This document shows, piece after piece, positions 1 to 12,057 of a DNA stretch of 64,000 bases; the first letter of the stretch is position 1; each line of letters begins with the position of its first letter. The notes beneath the pieces were generated by a model. The model was not told the DNA's origin, ran no database searches, and saw only the letters and a program-made list of their open reading frames with translations. Location of the stretch: contig NC_092671.1 of NCBI RefSeq assembly GCF_964355755.1, forward strand, positions 38,016,304 to 38,080,303. Direction: 5' to 3'. The stretch is from Antedon mediterranea (taxonomy: Eukaryota; Animalia; Echinodermata). The translations under genes and the position numbers were made by a program.

Positions 1-802
1 GGCCTACTCTAGCTATAACCACATTGTATCACTGATTAAAGAGAAGGGCTAACTAAACTATATATAAAAGCACTTTTAAATAAAAGCAGTTTTCAATCAT
101 TTATTTTACTAGAAGACCATGGGATGGAGGCATTTTTATGCCATGGCAGATTATTTCCTAATTCCAACATTTGAAATGAATACAAACAGTAACACAGTAA
201 CTAAACCACACATATTTATTTTAAAGGGTAAATATTAAATAAATTCCTTTTTATTCAACCTGAATGATACTAATATAATAGTCCTCATTCAGACTAGAGA
301 ATAGTGCATAATTCAGTTTTATCTGCTATATACTGACTGTACATAACAGGTCTCCTTTGCAGAATAATTGTCTTGATTTTTGTTATCTTTCAGACTGATT
401 CTCGGAGAAGAATGCCAAAGTAGAAGCGAGTTGCTTGAACAACAAATAAAAAATAAATAAACGTTTGAATAGATGTACTTCTAAACAATTAATTAAACAC
501 GGTAGGGTATGTGGGACATAAGACCTTAGCAAGGTAACGTCCTTTCCCCATTAGATGATAAATGAAGCATGTTATTAATATATCAAAACAATTAAAGTAA
601 AAAGGCCCTGTATGTCTGAATATTGTGTTGAATTGCCTTTTATTCTAGATCCTAGTTTAACATCATAACATACTGTACAGTAGTCTGATGAGAGTTTTAA
701 CTTGTTTTGTTGCAACCCTGAATTCCTATTACAATACTGTAGCATAATGCTATGTAGCATTTCCCTGCTAACATGTAATTTGCTCACTAGTTTGCATAGT
801 AT

Positions 803-1225
803 TAGTGTAGCATTCACCCACTAGCATTCGAATGCTAGTGTAGCATTCACCCACTAGCATTCGAATGCTAGTGAGCATTCACCCACTACCATTCGAATGC
901 TAGTGTAGCATTCACCCACTACCATTCGAATGCTAGTGTAGCATTCACCCACTAGCATTCGAATGCTAGTCACCTACCATTCGCATGCTTAGCTCATTTA
1001 AATAATTCGGCTCCCTGGAAGGCTTAGTGAAGGCTTAGCGAAGCCTTAGCGAATGCTTAGCGAAGCCTTAGCGAATGCTAAATTCAGTCATGTGAATGCT
1101 TATATACCACTAGTATTCGAAGTATTCGAAGTACTATAGCCCTTCGAATGCCAATAATAGCATTCCAGGAGTAGCATTCGAATGCTTTGTGAATGGTAAG
1201 CGAAGGCATTCAGCTTTGGTAAGGG
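803..1225. repeat. 33-bp tandem repeat containing a 22-bp palindrome, followed by 11-bp repeats; probable MITE remnant
   Basis: Unit tagcattcacc-cactagcattcgaatgctagtg about 5 times, then (gaaggcttagc)-like 11-mers; ends ...ggtaaggg. Confidence 0.75.
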
Positions 1226-1339
1226 CATAGCTGAGCCGGAGGTTGCGACTACTGGTTATGTTACTGCTTGAAATACAGTTAGCCCGTGGTACACCCTGTG
1301 GTTGTGATACTGCTTTGCTGGTGGGTACACCTATTAGCC

Positions 1340-1930
1340 AGTGGTTACCCTGTTAGCCGGTACGTGGTTACGCCATTGCGCCATTGTTGGAGGTTACGTT
1401 GCTGTTGGAAGTTACACCATTGTTGGTGGTTACATTGCTGTTGGAGGTTACACCATTGTTGGTGGTTACGTTGCTGTTGGAGGTTACGCCATTGTTGGTG
1501 GTTACGTTGCTGTTAAAGGTTACGCCATTGTTGGTGGTTACATTGCTGTTGGAGGTTACGCCATTGTTGGTGGTTACATTGCTGTTGGAGGTTACGCCAT
1601 TGTTGGTGGTTACATTGCTGTTGGAGGTGACGCCATTGTTGGGAGGTTACGCTGCTGTTGGAGTTGGAGGTTACGCCATTGTGGTGGTTAAGCTGTTGTT
1701 GGAGGTTACGCCGTTGTTGGTGGTTACGCTGCTGTTGGAGGTGACGCCATTGTTGGTGGATACGTTGCTGTTAGAGGTTACGCCATTGTTGGTGGTTACA
1801 TTGCTGTTGGAGGTTACGCTGCTGTTGGAGGTTACGCCATTGTTGGTGGTTACGCTGCTATTGGAGGTTACGCCATTGTGGTGGTTAAGCTGTTGTTGGA
1901 GGTTACGCCGTTTCTGTTTGTTACGCTGTT
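1340..1930. repeat. 18/36-bp GT-rich minisatellite
   Basis: Alternating ggttacgccattgttggt / ggttacattgctgttgga; accounts for the periodic ORFs in several frames. Confidence 0.95.
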
Positions 1931-2167
1931 GTTTCAAGTCCGGCGTAAGATCAACACTAATCTAATTAATTATTTTAATCGGTTGTCACTTATAATTTGG
2001 AATCACAGAAAGAATAAAGGAGACCACTCCACAAGTTGTAATTGTAATTAATTTATCTCTTTTGTTTGACGGTGTATAACAGTACCGCAGACCCCTCCCC
2101 CCAAAAGGGAACGAACCCGGAAGAACACAGAGATTTTCGTTACAATACCGTCAGAATCTGAAAGAAA

Positions 2168-2178
2168 CTTTCAGTTTC
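2168..2178 (-). promoter_or_regulatory. ISRE/IRF-like motif upstream of A1 (also 13049-13059 upstream of A3)
   Basis: ctttcagtttc reads GAAACTGAAAG on the minus strand; could instead be a splice acceptor (tttcag). Confidence 0.3.
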
Positions 2179-2301
2179 AGTTAAAAATTTTGTATGACAA
2201 ACATTATCAAAACCAGAAAGTAAAATTATTTGCAATTATTAAATCAATTTGAAGTTGTGCTGCAGACACACATTTTGCATATAAGATGACAATTTTTTCA
2301 C

Positions 2302-3498
2302 ATGCTGTCAATAACTATGTCTAAAGCCACCAATGCTGTAGGCCTATGTATTTTTATATTTTTCAATGCAAGTTATATGTCAACACAGCAGCAGCAACAA
2401 AATATTGATTGCGATTCACCTGATAATTACTTTTTTGTTGGACAAACACTATTAACTAAATGTTATGTTATTAAGTGTAACAATTGTGTAAAGTATTATC
2501 AGTTAAAGAAGAACTTATGGTTATTGGATGAAGCACGTATTCATATTTCTAATAAAACGTTTTATGACCATTTTGAAATTAAGATCAAAATAGCCGATTT
2601 GAGCATTTCTGACAATGGTTTGTACAGCATTCTCATCACCCGTCATGATAATGTTACAGAGGAATCCAGACTATTCAACGTGAGTGTTTTTGCACAACCT
2701 GCAGACCCACAGTGCTCGTCAGACAAAGACTACTGTATTGGTGATTGCTACGTCACTGTACAATGTCGTATATTTTCTTACCCAGATCTTGTACTCAAAC
2801 GTTTGGGGCAGAAGATGAATATTGAAAAAAAGGAGAAATGGTATAATCATACATCAGGAAATTATACTTTATTTGAAAGACAATTTAATGTCACAGATAT
2901 GGCGCAATTCACATGTCTTGTAGAAGTGAAATCTGCACCTTATACTTGCGCAGTCGATGTATCAATAAAAAGTAGATTGAATGTTTCTTTAACATCGGAT
3001 GGAAATCTTATTGAAGGCAACAATGCGGTTTTAAATTGTTCTCTACCAAACAACGATAACGTCACTCAGGTTGGGTACATATGGGAATCATTCCCAGAAA
3101 TTGACATGATTACCAATAGTAACACATTAACAATACTCAATGTAACTGCTGGTTTAAATGGAACAGAAGTAAGATGCACCGTAAGACTAGGTAATTATTC
3201 AGAAGGTTCAGCAACAACGATACTACATGTTGACGTCTCGGATCGTGATCAAGTTCATCCTGATGTCTCAACGATGCAAATAACAACATCCGACATAAGC
3301 AGGGAAGATAATACTATGCACTCAAAATCTATATTGCTAATTCGGTCTATTACATTTTGTGTGTTTATTATTATTGTGGCAATTTTGAGTACAAAATACC
3401 TTAATTCAAGAAAGAAAAAACATTCCATTGACAATAGGCCTACAAGCAATGACACAACCTCTGCTGTAGAACTGAATGTATCCGTTATAGAGGACTGA
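2302..3498 (+). CDS. Family A copy A1: single-exon Ig-superfamily type I membrane protein (signal peptide, 3 Ig-like domains, stalk, TM, short tail)
   Basis: 398-aa ORF; hydrophobic N-terminus; SDNGLYS F-strand-like motif; AVLNCS...YIWE...LTILNV...VRCTV Ig domain; TM followed by RKKK; four paralogues in the window. Confidence 0.9.
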   Translation: MLSITMSKATNAVGLCIFIFFNASYMSTQQQQQNIDCDSPDNYFFVGQTLLTKCYVIKCNNCVKYYQLKKNLWLLDEARIHISNKTFYDHFEIKIKIADLSISDNGLYSILITRHDNVTEESRLFNVSVFAQPADPQCSSDKDYCIGDCYVTVQCRIFSYPDLVLKRLGQKMNIEKKEKWYNHTSGNYTLFERQFNVTDMAQFTCLVEVKSAPYTCAVDVSIKSRLNVSLTSDGNLIEGNNAVLNCSLPNNDNVTQVGYIWESFPEIDMITNSNTLTILNVTAGLNGTEVRCTVRLGNYSEGSATTILHVDVSDRDQVHPDVSTMQITTSDISREDNTMHSKSILLIRSITFCVFIIIVAILSTKYLNSRKKKHSIDNRPTSNDTTSAVELNVSVIED

Positions 3499-3841
3499 AC
3501 ATGAGCTATGGATATTTCAGTGTATTAGAATACTGTTTTTTTGTTTAATAACAAGTGTATGATTATACAGTGAGTATTTTGAGTAATTGGTCAGATGTTT
3601 TACCCTACTCTGACCTAAGTTGTACTTTATACTAAGTAAATTGAGAATACAGTACTCATTTTCGGGTGGGACTCCAAACCACAAATCAATCAAATTGTAA
3701 AATTAGTCCTTTTTTTTTAAAATCCTGGCCGCATACAGTACATATACAAAAACTTTCTATGACCAATTTAATTGTTTATCTTATTTTTATTTATAAAAAT
3801 GATCTGTATATATATGTTTATATAATGCAAAATCAAAACAC

Positions 3842-3852
3842 GGATGTGAAAC
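3842..3852 (+). promoter_or_regulatory. Conserved ETS-IRF composite-like motif upstream of A2
   Basis: ggatgtgaaac; the same motif lies upstream of A5, and ggaagtgaaac upstream of A4. Confidence 0.4.
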
Positions 3853-4079
3853 TAAAATTATCATAAAAAAGATGCATACATGGACTGTTTCTTATACCAA
3901 CGCTAGTTAGGCTACTGGACAAATGCGGGGAAAACAGCGACTTGACACAAAAGTTTGACATGCAGATGTCCTAACCTAATTACACCACTGGAACTTGTAC
4001 ATAGTCTACGGCACAGGCACTAGGTGTAACCTACAACAATTAAAACACAAAGTAAATGTACACACACGTTTTAAGAGTT

Positions 4080-5230
4080 ATGAAGTCTATAATTACCAGT
4101 GTTGTAGCAGTGTTTATTTTTATTCTATTTAATGAAACTTTTACGTCAACAGAGCAACACAATGTAGATTGTACACAGCTTGATAATTACTATATTGTTG
4201 GACAAAAAATGACAACTAAATGTAATGTTAGATGTATACCTAATTGTATAAAACATTATCAGTTGAAGAGGAATAACCGTTTGGTGCATGAAACACGTAT
4301 CCTCGTTTCTAATAACACATTTCGTACTCGATCTGAAATTGAGATAACAATATCCAATTTGAACATTTCTGACAGTGGTGAGTACAGCATTAATATCACT
4401 CATCATGATGGTAGTTCACAGGAATCCAGATTATTCAACGTGAGTGTATTTCCACAGCCTGCACCACGTGCTCATCTAACAAAGATTATTGTATTATTGG
4501 TGACTGCAGCATCAATCTACAATGCCAAATATTTTCGTATCCTGATCTTGAATTGACAAAAGAGGTTGATAATCACACAATTTCAGGTAATCATACAATT
4601 TATGAAAGAGAATTTCGTATTACAGATCAGGACAAAGGTGTGGTTAAGGACACATGTGTTTACAAAGTGAAATCAGAATGGGAAACTTGCACAGTTGAAG
4701 TATTAGTAAAAAGTCAACTAAATGTTTCTTTAACATCATATAATTGGATTGAAGGAGATGACGCAGTTTTAAATTGTTCTCTTCCAAACAACAATGACAT
4801 CACTCAGGTTGAGTACATATGGGAATCATTCCCTGAAATTGACATGATTAACAAAAGTAACACATTAACCATACTTAATGTAACTGTTGGTTTGAATGGA
4901 ACAGAAGTAAGATGCACCGTAAGACTAGGTAATTATTTAGAGGGTTCAGCAACAATGATACTGAATGTTGACGTCCCAGATCGTGATCAAGTTCATCCTG
5001 ATGTATCAACGATGCAAACAACCACATCCGACATAAGCAGGGAAGATAATACTATGCACTCAAAATCTATATTGCTAATTCGGTCAATCACATTTTGTGT
5101 GTTTATTATTATCGTGGCAATTTTGAGTACAAAGTACCTTAACACAAGGAAGAAAAGACATTCCAATAGGCCTACAAGCAATGACACAACCTCTGATGTA
5201 GAACTGAATGTATCCGTTATAGAGACCTGA
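4080..5230 (+). pseudogene. Family A copy A2 with a 1-bp frameshift
   Basis: ORFs 4056-4556 and 4553-5230 together make a full A protein; ccacgtgc at 4464-4471 versus ccacagtgc in A1/A3/A4 (one base missing); could be a sequencing error. Confidence 0.85.
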
Positions 5231-6279
5231 ACATGAGCTCTGGATATTTCAATATATTAGAAATGCTTTAAAATTGTTTGGAAAATAATTGTTTTTACAT
5301 TGTACTGTATATTGACAAATCAGTAAAATTATTTTTTTTTTTATCCTGGCCGTATAATACAAAAAGTGGCTATGACCAGTTTAATTGTTCAGCTTGTTAA
5401 ACCATTCATTTAAAATAAATATAATCATTAATAATTCTATAAAAACACTTAAAATATCAATTAATTTTACTTTAAAAACAAATATTTTACTTTAAAACTA
5501 GGTACGTTACCACAATCCTGTAATGCTTTCTGTTTCCTCTTGTAAGTGTACAGTGCTTTTAAGCTATAAGATGAAATAACAATTTAATTAATTTAATTTT
5601 AGCTGTATCAAAATAAAATATTTTTGATGCTTGAAACATTGTAGTTGTTATTTTTTCTGGTTGTGTAAGGCATCGTTTTTCTACAAGCTATTATATATTA
5701 ATTAGCCTGGACAAAAGCTGATAATCAAGAATTGGGCATAGACTATGTATAAGCTATCAAGCAGAAGCTTAGTTTCAAGTTTGAATCTCTGTTGGGAGGG
5801 CTTTTTCTCATTATTTTTTTTCAAAATGAATTATTTAATATTCAGTATTCAGTTCAACTGATAATTTACATGTCAAATTCTTTTTTAAAATTCAAATTTA
5901 CTCTTAAATAATTTGCCTATATCACTACACAACTTTACAATGTGGTACTATTAAAGGTCAGTAAAACATGTAGTAATCTTACACAGTTACAAAAGTACAA
6001 TTTAAATAATTGGGTTTGTTATTTATTAACTAAATTATTTCTGTATATTATCTGTAGAGAGACATAATGAAAATAATAAAGTGGATGATAAGAAAAACAG
6101 CAAAAACTAAAGTATGATAGGTAAAGTAAAAAGCAAAAACTTGATTCATAGTATGATAAGCAGAGTAAATAAAACATGCAATTTATAAAAGTTTAGCTAT
6201 TTGCCATACAAACAATCTGACAAGCAGTGTTGTATCTGTGTATTATGAAATCAATATAAAGTATTACCGGTTTGTTTAA

Positions 6280-6347
6280 CGCCACCTATTTTATTTGGTG
6301 ACGTCAACAAATTTAGTTACCCGGATGAGCAACGTGTCGTGTCCGCC
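6280..6347 (+). promoter_or_regulatory. Putative family-B promoter block with CRE (TGACGTCA 6299-6306) and ETS-like CCGGATG
   Basis: Block recurs upstream of B loci at about 27393-27485 (+), 30397-30445 (+), 19662-19745 (-) and 55098-55180 (-). Confidence 0.5.
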
Positions 6348-6377
6348 ATGATGATTGTGAAAATGACGATGAAAAGG
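6348..6377 (+). CDS. Predicted coding micro-exon 1 of B1 (MMIVKMTMKR)
   Basis: gccATG context, 10 codons, then GTAAGT donor at 6378; phase 0 matches the acceptor tttcag|CAA at 8938/8939. Confidence 0.6.
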
Positions 6378-6755
6378 GTAAGTTAAATTCTATTATTAAT
6401 CCAGCTCAATTGAACATTTTATGTACATTTATTGTAGTGTAAACATAAATATACAAAAATAGTACCTTTGAAAACTGAATTACTCATTGATAATCAGTCA
6501 ATCATTGGAATATGATCGTTGATCCTAGGATCGAGCATTGTTCAGATGAAACGTGGCTAGATATGCTGTTATACAATGACACTGAAATTGTTCACACGCT
6601 ATCTTTTGTACTAGTTTGACAGGTACCTAAATCATGACAGAAAAACATGCTAGGAACAATCAATGCATACTGTAATTCTCTATTGCCATTAATGAATGAA
6701 TGAAATTGGACTATTCCATTATTATCTTTTTTGTTGATAGTCTGGGAGCCTGGAA

Positions 6756-7193
6756 AAATAGAATTGCTAGGTCCCCAGAAATTAGATTATACTTCGAAAT
6801 ATGAAACCAAACCAGACCAGCACCACCATGGTTGGGACTGAGCTAAGAAAATTTTAAAAAATAGAACTGCTGGGTCCCCAGAAATTAGATTATACTTCGA
6901 AATATGAAACCAAACCAGACCCACCACCACCATGGTTGGGACTGAGCTAAGAAAATTTTTAAAAATAGAACTGCTGGGTCCCCAGAAATTAGATTATACT
7001 TCGAAATATGAAACCAAACCAGACCAGCACCACCATGGTTGGGACTGAGCTAAGAAAATTTTAAAAAATAGAACTGCTGGGTCCCCAGAAATTAGATTAT
7101 ACTTCGAAATATGAAACCAAACCAGACCAGCACCACCATGGTTGGGACTGAGCTAAGAAAATTGTACAAAATAGAACTGCTGGGTCCCTGGAG
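6756..7193. repeat. ~103-bp tandem repeat, 4+ copies, in the predicted B1 intron
   Basis: gtccc anchor at 6771, 6874, 6978, 7081 and 7184 with near-identical units. Confidence 0.95.
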
Positions 7194-8926
7194 ATTCACT
7201 TATATATATTGATATATGTTTGTTTGTTAGGATTACAAAAAGTTATTGCAAGATCTTTATCAAAATGAAAATACAGATGGTCAAGGACCACTACATAACA
7301 TTTTGGAGGCAATTTGGACCACGGTCCCAATTCTGGACCACTTTTTAATATTATTTTCAGACCTGCTAGTGTCAAAAGATAGGACAGAATTATCAAAGGC
7401 CAGCGAGCAGTCTTACAGTAACAAGTAAACAAAAATTGCATTTTCTCGAGAACTACTTGTCCAAAAAACTTCATTTTTGTACAAGAGGCAAGAGTTATAA
7501 TTTGTGATTTGTAATTTTAAAACATAATTTTTGATACGAGTAGTTTTAAAAAACCTATTTCTTTTATAATTCAACTGTTATGTTTGTTTTTGGCGTTCCT
7601 GTTCTATTGTTAGTCAACAGAATCTATTGTTAGTTGAAAGGCTGGTTACATAATCATTACAAAAATTTCCATACACAGTATTTTATTTCAACAACAAAAA
7701 AATAAAAATAAATCTCCAGGACCAGCCCAATATAGTTGGGGTGGAGCTAAGAGCATTTAAAAAAAATAGAGTTGCTAGGTCCCGGAAAATGGACGAAATA
7801 TAAAATGAAGTACTGTATCTAAGCAAAAATCAAGCATAGACCATTTTCCTTTGGGAAAATCACTTTAGATGTTGGCTAAAATTTCATGTTTTTTGTTTAG
7901 TAATGTAGGCCTACAAAAATCCTACAAAGAAACGTCTACTTTAGGTACCTCACGATAAAGAGGGTTAATTGTAATTTCAAAAATTGGTGAAAATTTAGAT
8001 CGGGAACATAATTCGTACCCTTTTGCTATATAGTCGAAACACAGTTACTCGACGTACGCGTTGTTAAACTTCGTCTGGAAACTAACTACACATTTTGGTC
8101 CTGGATGGAACAGGATATATCATGCATAAACCACAATTAGCTGGGCCCAATGTTGAATGATTCGTACAAAGAGACACTGCCCGGCAAGTGGGTACCTATT
8201 GTTTAGATCGCTGGCAATAATGCATGCATTTCAAATGTAATAGTCCGACGTACTCCCAGTCAGGTCTCTGGCCCTGAAGCTACGAAGTGAACACGAATGA
8301 TTTTTACTGTATATAATATTCCCAGACAAAAATTATTGCAGCAAATGTGAAAATCTCAGGATCTTTAAATTTACAAAGCTAATACTTTTAAAATCCTTCA
8401 CTATACTAAAATGAGTCTTGATATTCATGTCTGTCACATGCCTGCACAAAAATGAAAGGATGTTTATTTTGTGTAAACAAATGTTATTTTGTTTGGTTTT
8501 CAATTTTCTATACTCAATCATAATTTACGTGTTCCAATATACATATCAAATTGTTGTTATTGATAAAATAAAAAAAATTGATAAAAGCCATTATGATTCT
8601 ATATTACGTACTTTATTTGTCTTCAGGAACTGTTGTATTTTTTTTTAAATATTTAAAAATTCAATCATTCACCAATAGACAGTTGAAAACAAAAGAAACT
8701 GTGCTTCAATAAAATATAATGTAATACTACAAGGGTGTTAAGATTCGACATAAAAACATATTTGAACAATACTATTATCTTAAATGGTTCAGACATCTGC
8801 ATATCCAGCAGAAGGTTCCGTCAATTTCAATCAATGTTTATACATATTGAGCATTATCATAGTTTGATTGGTTTTTAGTTATAGTTATATTCTATATATT
8901 CTTCTTTTTATTAACCTTATTGATTT

Positions 8927-9919
8927 ATGTTCTTTCAGCAAATACCTATTCCTAGCGGAATTACCAAGTCTAAGTTGATACCTTTCTGGCTTTGGTGTCT
9001 TTCTATTCTGGTCATAAGCATTTCAACTTCAGTTTCTCATGAAATTTCATTTCATGAGGATTATCCCAGAAATGTTACCATTGCTGAAACAAATAAAGCA
9101 AGATTTGTATGTTGGTTGTACAAAGAGCATGAATCAACAGATCAAGTATCTTGGATGAAACATGACAAGAAGTTGGACAAGGAAAATCGAAAATATTTGT
9201 TTGAACAAAAACAAATAAATAAAAGAATTTACGAGTTTAGTTTAGTCATTTTCTCAGTTGATAAATCAGATGCAAGCGATTATAGGTGTATTTTTGATAC
9301 TTCAACACATAAAATAGCTTCAAGAAAAGCTTACCTAAAAGTACCATCAAAGGAATGTCCAAAGTGCTATTTCACTGAGCCGTTATATTACATTGGTGAT
9401 AACGCTGAAATTACTTGCACAATGAAGAAAACATCTACAACATTCTCTATGGAATTCACCAGATTGGCTGAGCTAGCTACATCACATGAAAATGTCACTC
9501 ATATGTGGATAACCTTATTATTCCCTGCAAAGCCAAGTATGAACAATACCAGATTTGGTTATAAATTGTACATTAACATCATAAAGGAATGGCACTTTTG
9601 TTATACAGATCCACTAATTATTGTGAACAAATTAAATGTTACCATCCACGGAGACATAATCTACATGCCCAATGTCGGAGCAGAGTTTACCTGTGTGGGT
9701 AACTTTACTGATGCCGCTAAGTTTACATGGACTTTTGAATATCATTACATCGAATTTAAAGTCGAAGAAATCAACAATAACAATTCTAACAAGCTAACCA
9801 TTCCATACGTACAAGAAAAGATGCATGGTGCAACACTTAAGTGTACTGTTGAGGATGACAGTTTTACTGGCTCAGGTTCCGTTGTTCTTACAATTGAGAA
9901 CCCACGTGACTGTAACTAA
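8927..9919 (+). CDS. Family B copy B1: three Ig-like domains, no TM (putatively secreted); exon probably starts at 8939
   Basis: 330-aa ORF; signal-like LWCLSILVISISTSVS; ARFVC..VSW..DASDYRC Ig domain; stop just after the third Ig domain; paralogous to B2-B5. Confidence 0.85.
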   Translation: MFFQQIPIPSGITKSKLIPFWLWCLSILVISISTSVSHEISFHEDYPRNVTIAETNKARFVCWLYKEHESTDQVSWMKHDKKLDKENRKYLFEQKQINKRIYEFSLVIFSVDKSDASDYRCIFDTSTHKIASRKAYLKVPSKECPKCYFTEPLYYIGDNAEITCTMKKTSTTFSMEFTRLAELATSHENVTHMWITLLFPAKPSMNNTRFGYKLYINIIKEWHFCYTDPLIIVNKLNVTIHGDIIYMPNVGAEFTCVGNFTDAAKFTWTFEYHYIEFKVEEINNNNSNKLTIPYVQEKMHGATLKCTVEDDSFTGSGSVVLTIENPRDCN

Positions 9920-12057
9920 TGTTTAACATTTTTCATACAAATTCACCATTCTAATATAGACTAATGGATAAAGGGAAATAAAAAGGTGCCCCATCTCGAC
10001 AGCACTAGTATCGGACCTGCGGTTTAGGAGGGGATAGAGGAACTATTCAATGTAATTCAGTTAGATAATTCATTGCATATACGATTTTTACTGCATAAAA
10101 TATTATTACATAATTCAAAACGTTCTGCACTCAATTATTATACATTTAATATATAAACACTTTATTTTAGGTTAAGCTTTTTTTATATAATTGTATGAAA
10201 TGGAAAATATAAATTTGTTGAAAACTTTTCATTCATTATTAATTTAAATTTCTAATTATAAATATGAAAATCTTACTAGCCTGGTCCTCCAAATAAAGAA
10301 ATCCACTGTGGCCACAAATTTAAAATCATTTATTTAAAATTTCAAATCATTTACTAAAGATAACTAATCTTATTCATGCTTGCAAACTATAATCATTTCT
10401 GCCTACTAACCATACATAGAAAAATTGTATATTTTATTAATATTACCAACTATCTTAAAATTACCGGTCGTAAGAAAGTGAACTTTTCGTAGTCAGATTG
10501 TGATGAAATTAAAACAGAATTGTTCAGCAATATGTTGTTGTCAATTAATCATCGATGCAGACATGTCAATAAACAATCAGACTGCGTATACAATTTCTAC
10601 ATGTAACAGTTGATTCTCAGCGTTCTATAGAGGGCCGCGGTTAGAGTTTGATTGGTTTTAATCCTTAATCCATGATTTAAACAAATCCTTTACTGTTTGT
10701 ATTAATTTAATCAATTAAATTAATCAATTACTATAAAAAAGTGATAAAAAAAAAAGCTTGGTAAATTGTAGCTTATGTTAGTCATTGAAATGTGTTGTTA
10801 TTTGTGACAATTATTGTGTAAATGCATGTGGCGGGGCATTTAATCGAAGGGAGGCTTTTATTCAAAGCAGGTGTTTATTTGAATAAATACTCTAATTTTA
10901 AAAATGACTATATAATTCGTTTCTCACTGATACTTTACATGATTCGTTTTCCTTTTTATGAATTTTGTTAAATGACACCCCTAGATTGCCGGAATGACAC
11001 TCTATATCGGGCTACACTTACCAAACAGCAATACCATTGTATCCCGACTATTTTTTCCGCCGGTAAAACACACGCGACTAACAATAGGATAACATTTTTT
11101 TTCGTTCAATGTGAACTTCAGAGGAAGTCTCCGACAAGGTACTTTTGATAAGCTAATAAATTCTGGCAATTGTAATTGTAATTACCATGGAAAACAAAAT
11201 TACGGACATAAAATGAAGATAAATAGGGTACTACGGAAATACTGAAATGATGGGAAAAATGCAATAATTATGTGTTATGTTATGGACAAATCAACGACGG
11301 GGTTTTTTTTCTCATGACGCGAACAAGCAATCCAAACATGTTAAGAAACATATCTACAAAAACAAACAAAATTACGCTGACTGCCGGTAAATTTTGCGCG
11401 GTATTGTGTATTGTTGAATGCTGGTTAATTTTACGCTACAGTCTGTCAATTTAAATAATAGGCTCTCCCAACCCTAGATTTCTATAACGTTAATGGTTAT
11501 TATTATGATGAAATGGGATCTTAATTTTAATTTAGTGGCAGAAAAAAACATTTAGTATAAAATTAAGGGTGTTGCCCGGGCAACTGGGGCAACACCCCTG
11601 CATCTGCCTCTGAGATAAGAAAAACAGCAAAAACTTGATTCATAAGTAAATAGAACATGCAATTTATAGCAATTCATAACAATTTAACCTTAAATCCAAG
11701 CAGCATTGTTGTATATCTGTATTTCTATTATGAAATAAATAAAGTCTTCCATTTGCACCCCAAATACAAAGTATTATTTTATATTACCGGTACTGTATGT
11801 TTTATTGCACACAACTTTGTATTATGTATCTAGTATATTGAATGAATGAATCCTATCTAAAGAGAGTAAATTAATAAAATATAAAGTGTCTTGACAATAC
11901 AAACATGCATTCCCATCTTACCCTATGCCATCATGCTTTGTGTCAATAATATATAGCAATATGAACGTCTGTTTGCCATATATGGTTTATCTTTGCAAGA
12001 AATGAAGAGAAAAAAATAGGGAAGTGATCAAATTACTAGGCCTACTTTTTCCCAGAT

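Noticed and set aside
394-532. Possible exon (tttcag acceptor, ag|gtaacg donor)
   Set aside because: No recognisable coding content or paralogue support
1286-1965. Repetitive ORFs (VGGY, LLEVTP, SNSSVT)
   Set aside because: Translations of an 18/36-bp minisatellite open in several frames; no unique flanking coding sequence
3255-3455. Recurrent 64-66 aa minus-strand ORF in every A copy
   Set aside because: Antisense shadow of the conserved stalk/TM region; conservation is explained by the plus-strand gene
6756-7193. CRISPR-like regular repeat
   Set aside because: Units repeat in full with no unique spacers; eukaryotic context; no cas genes
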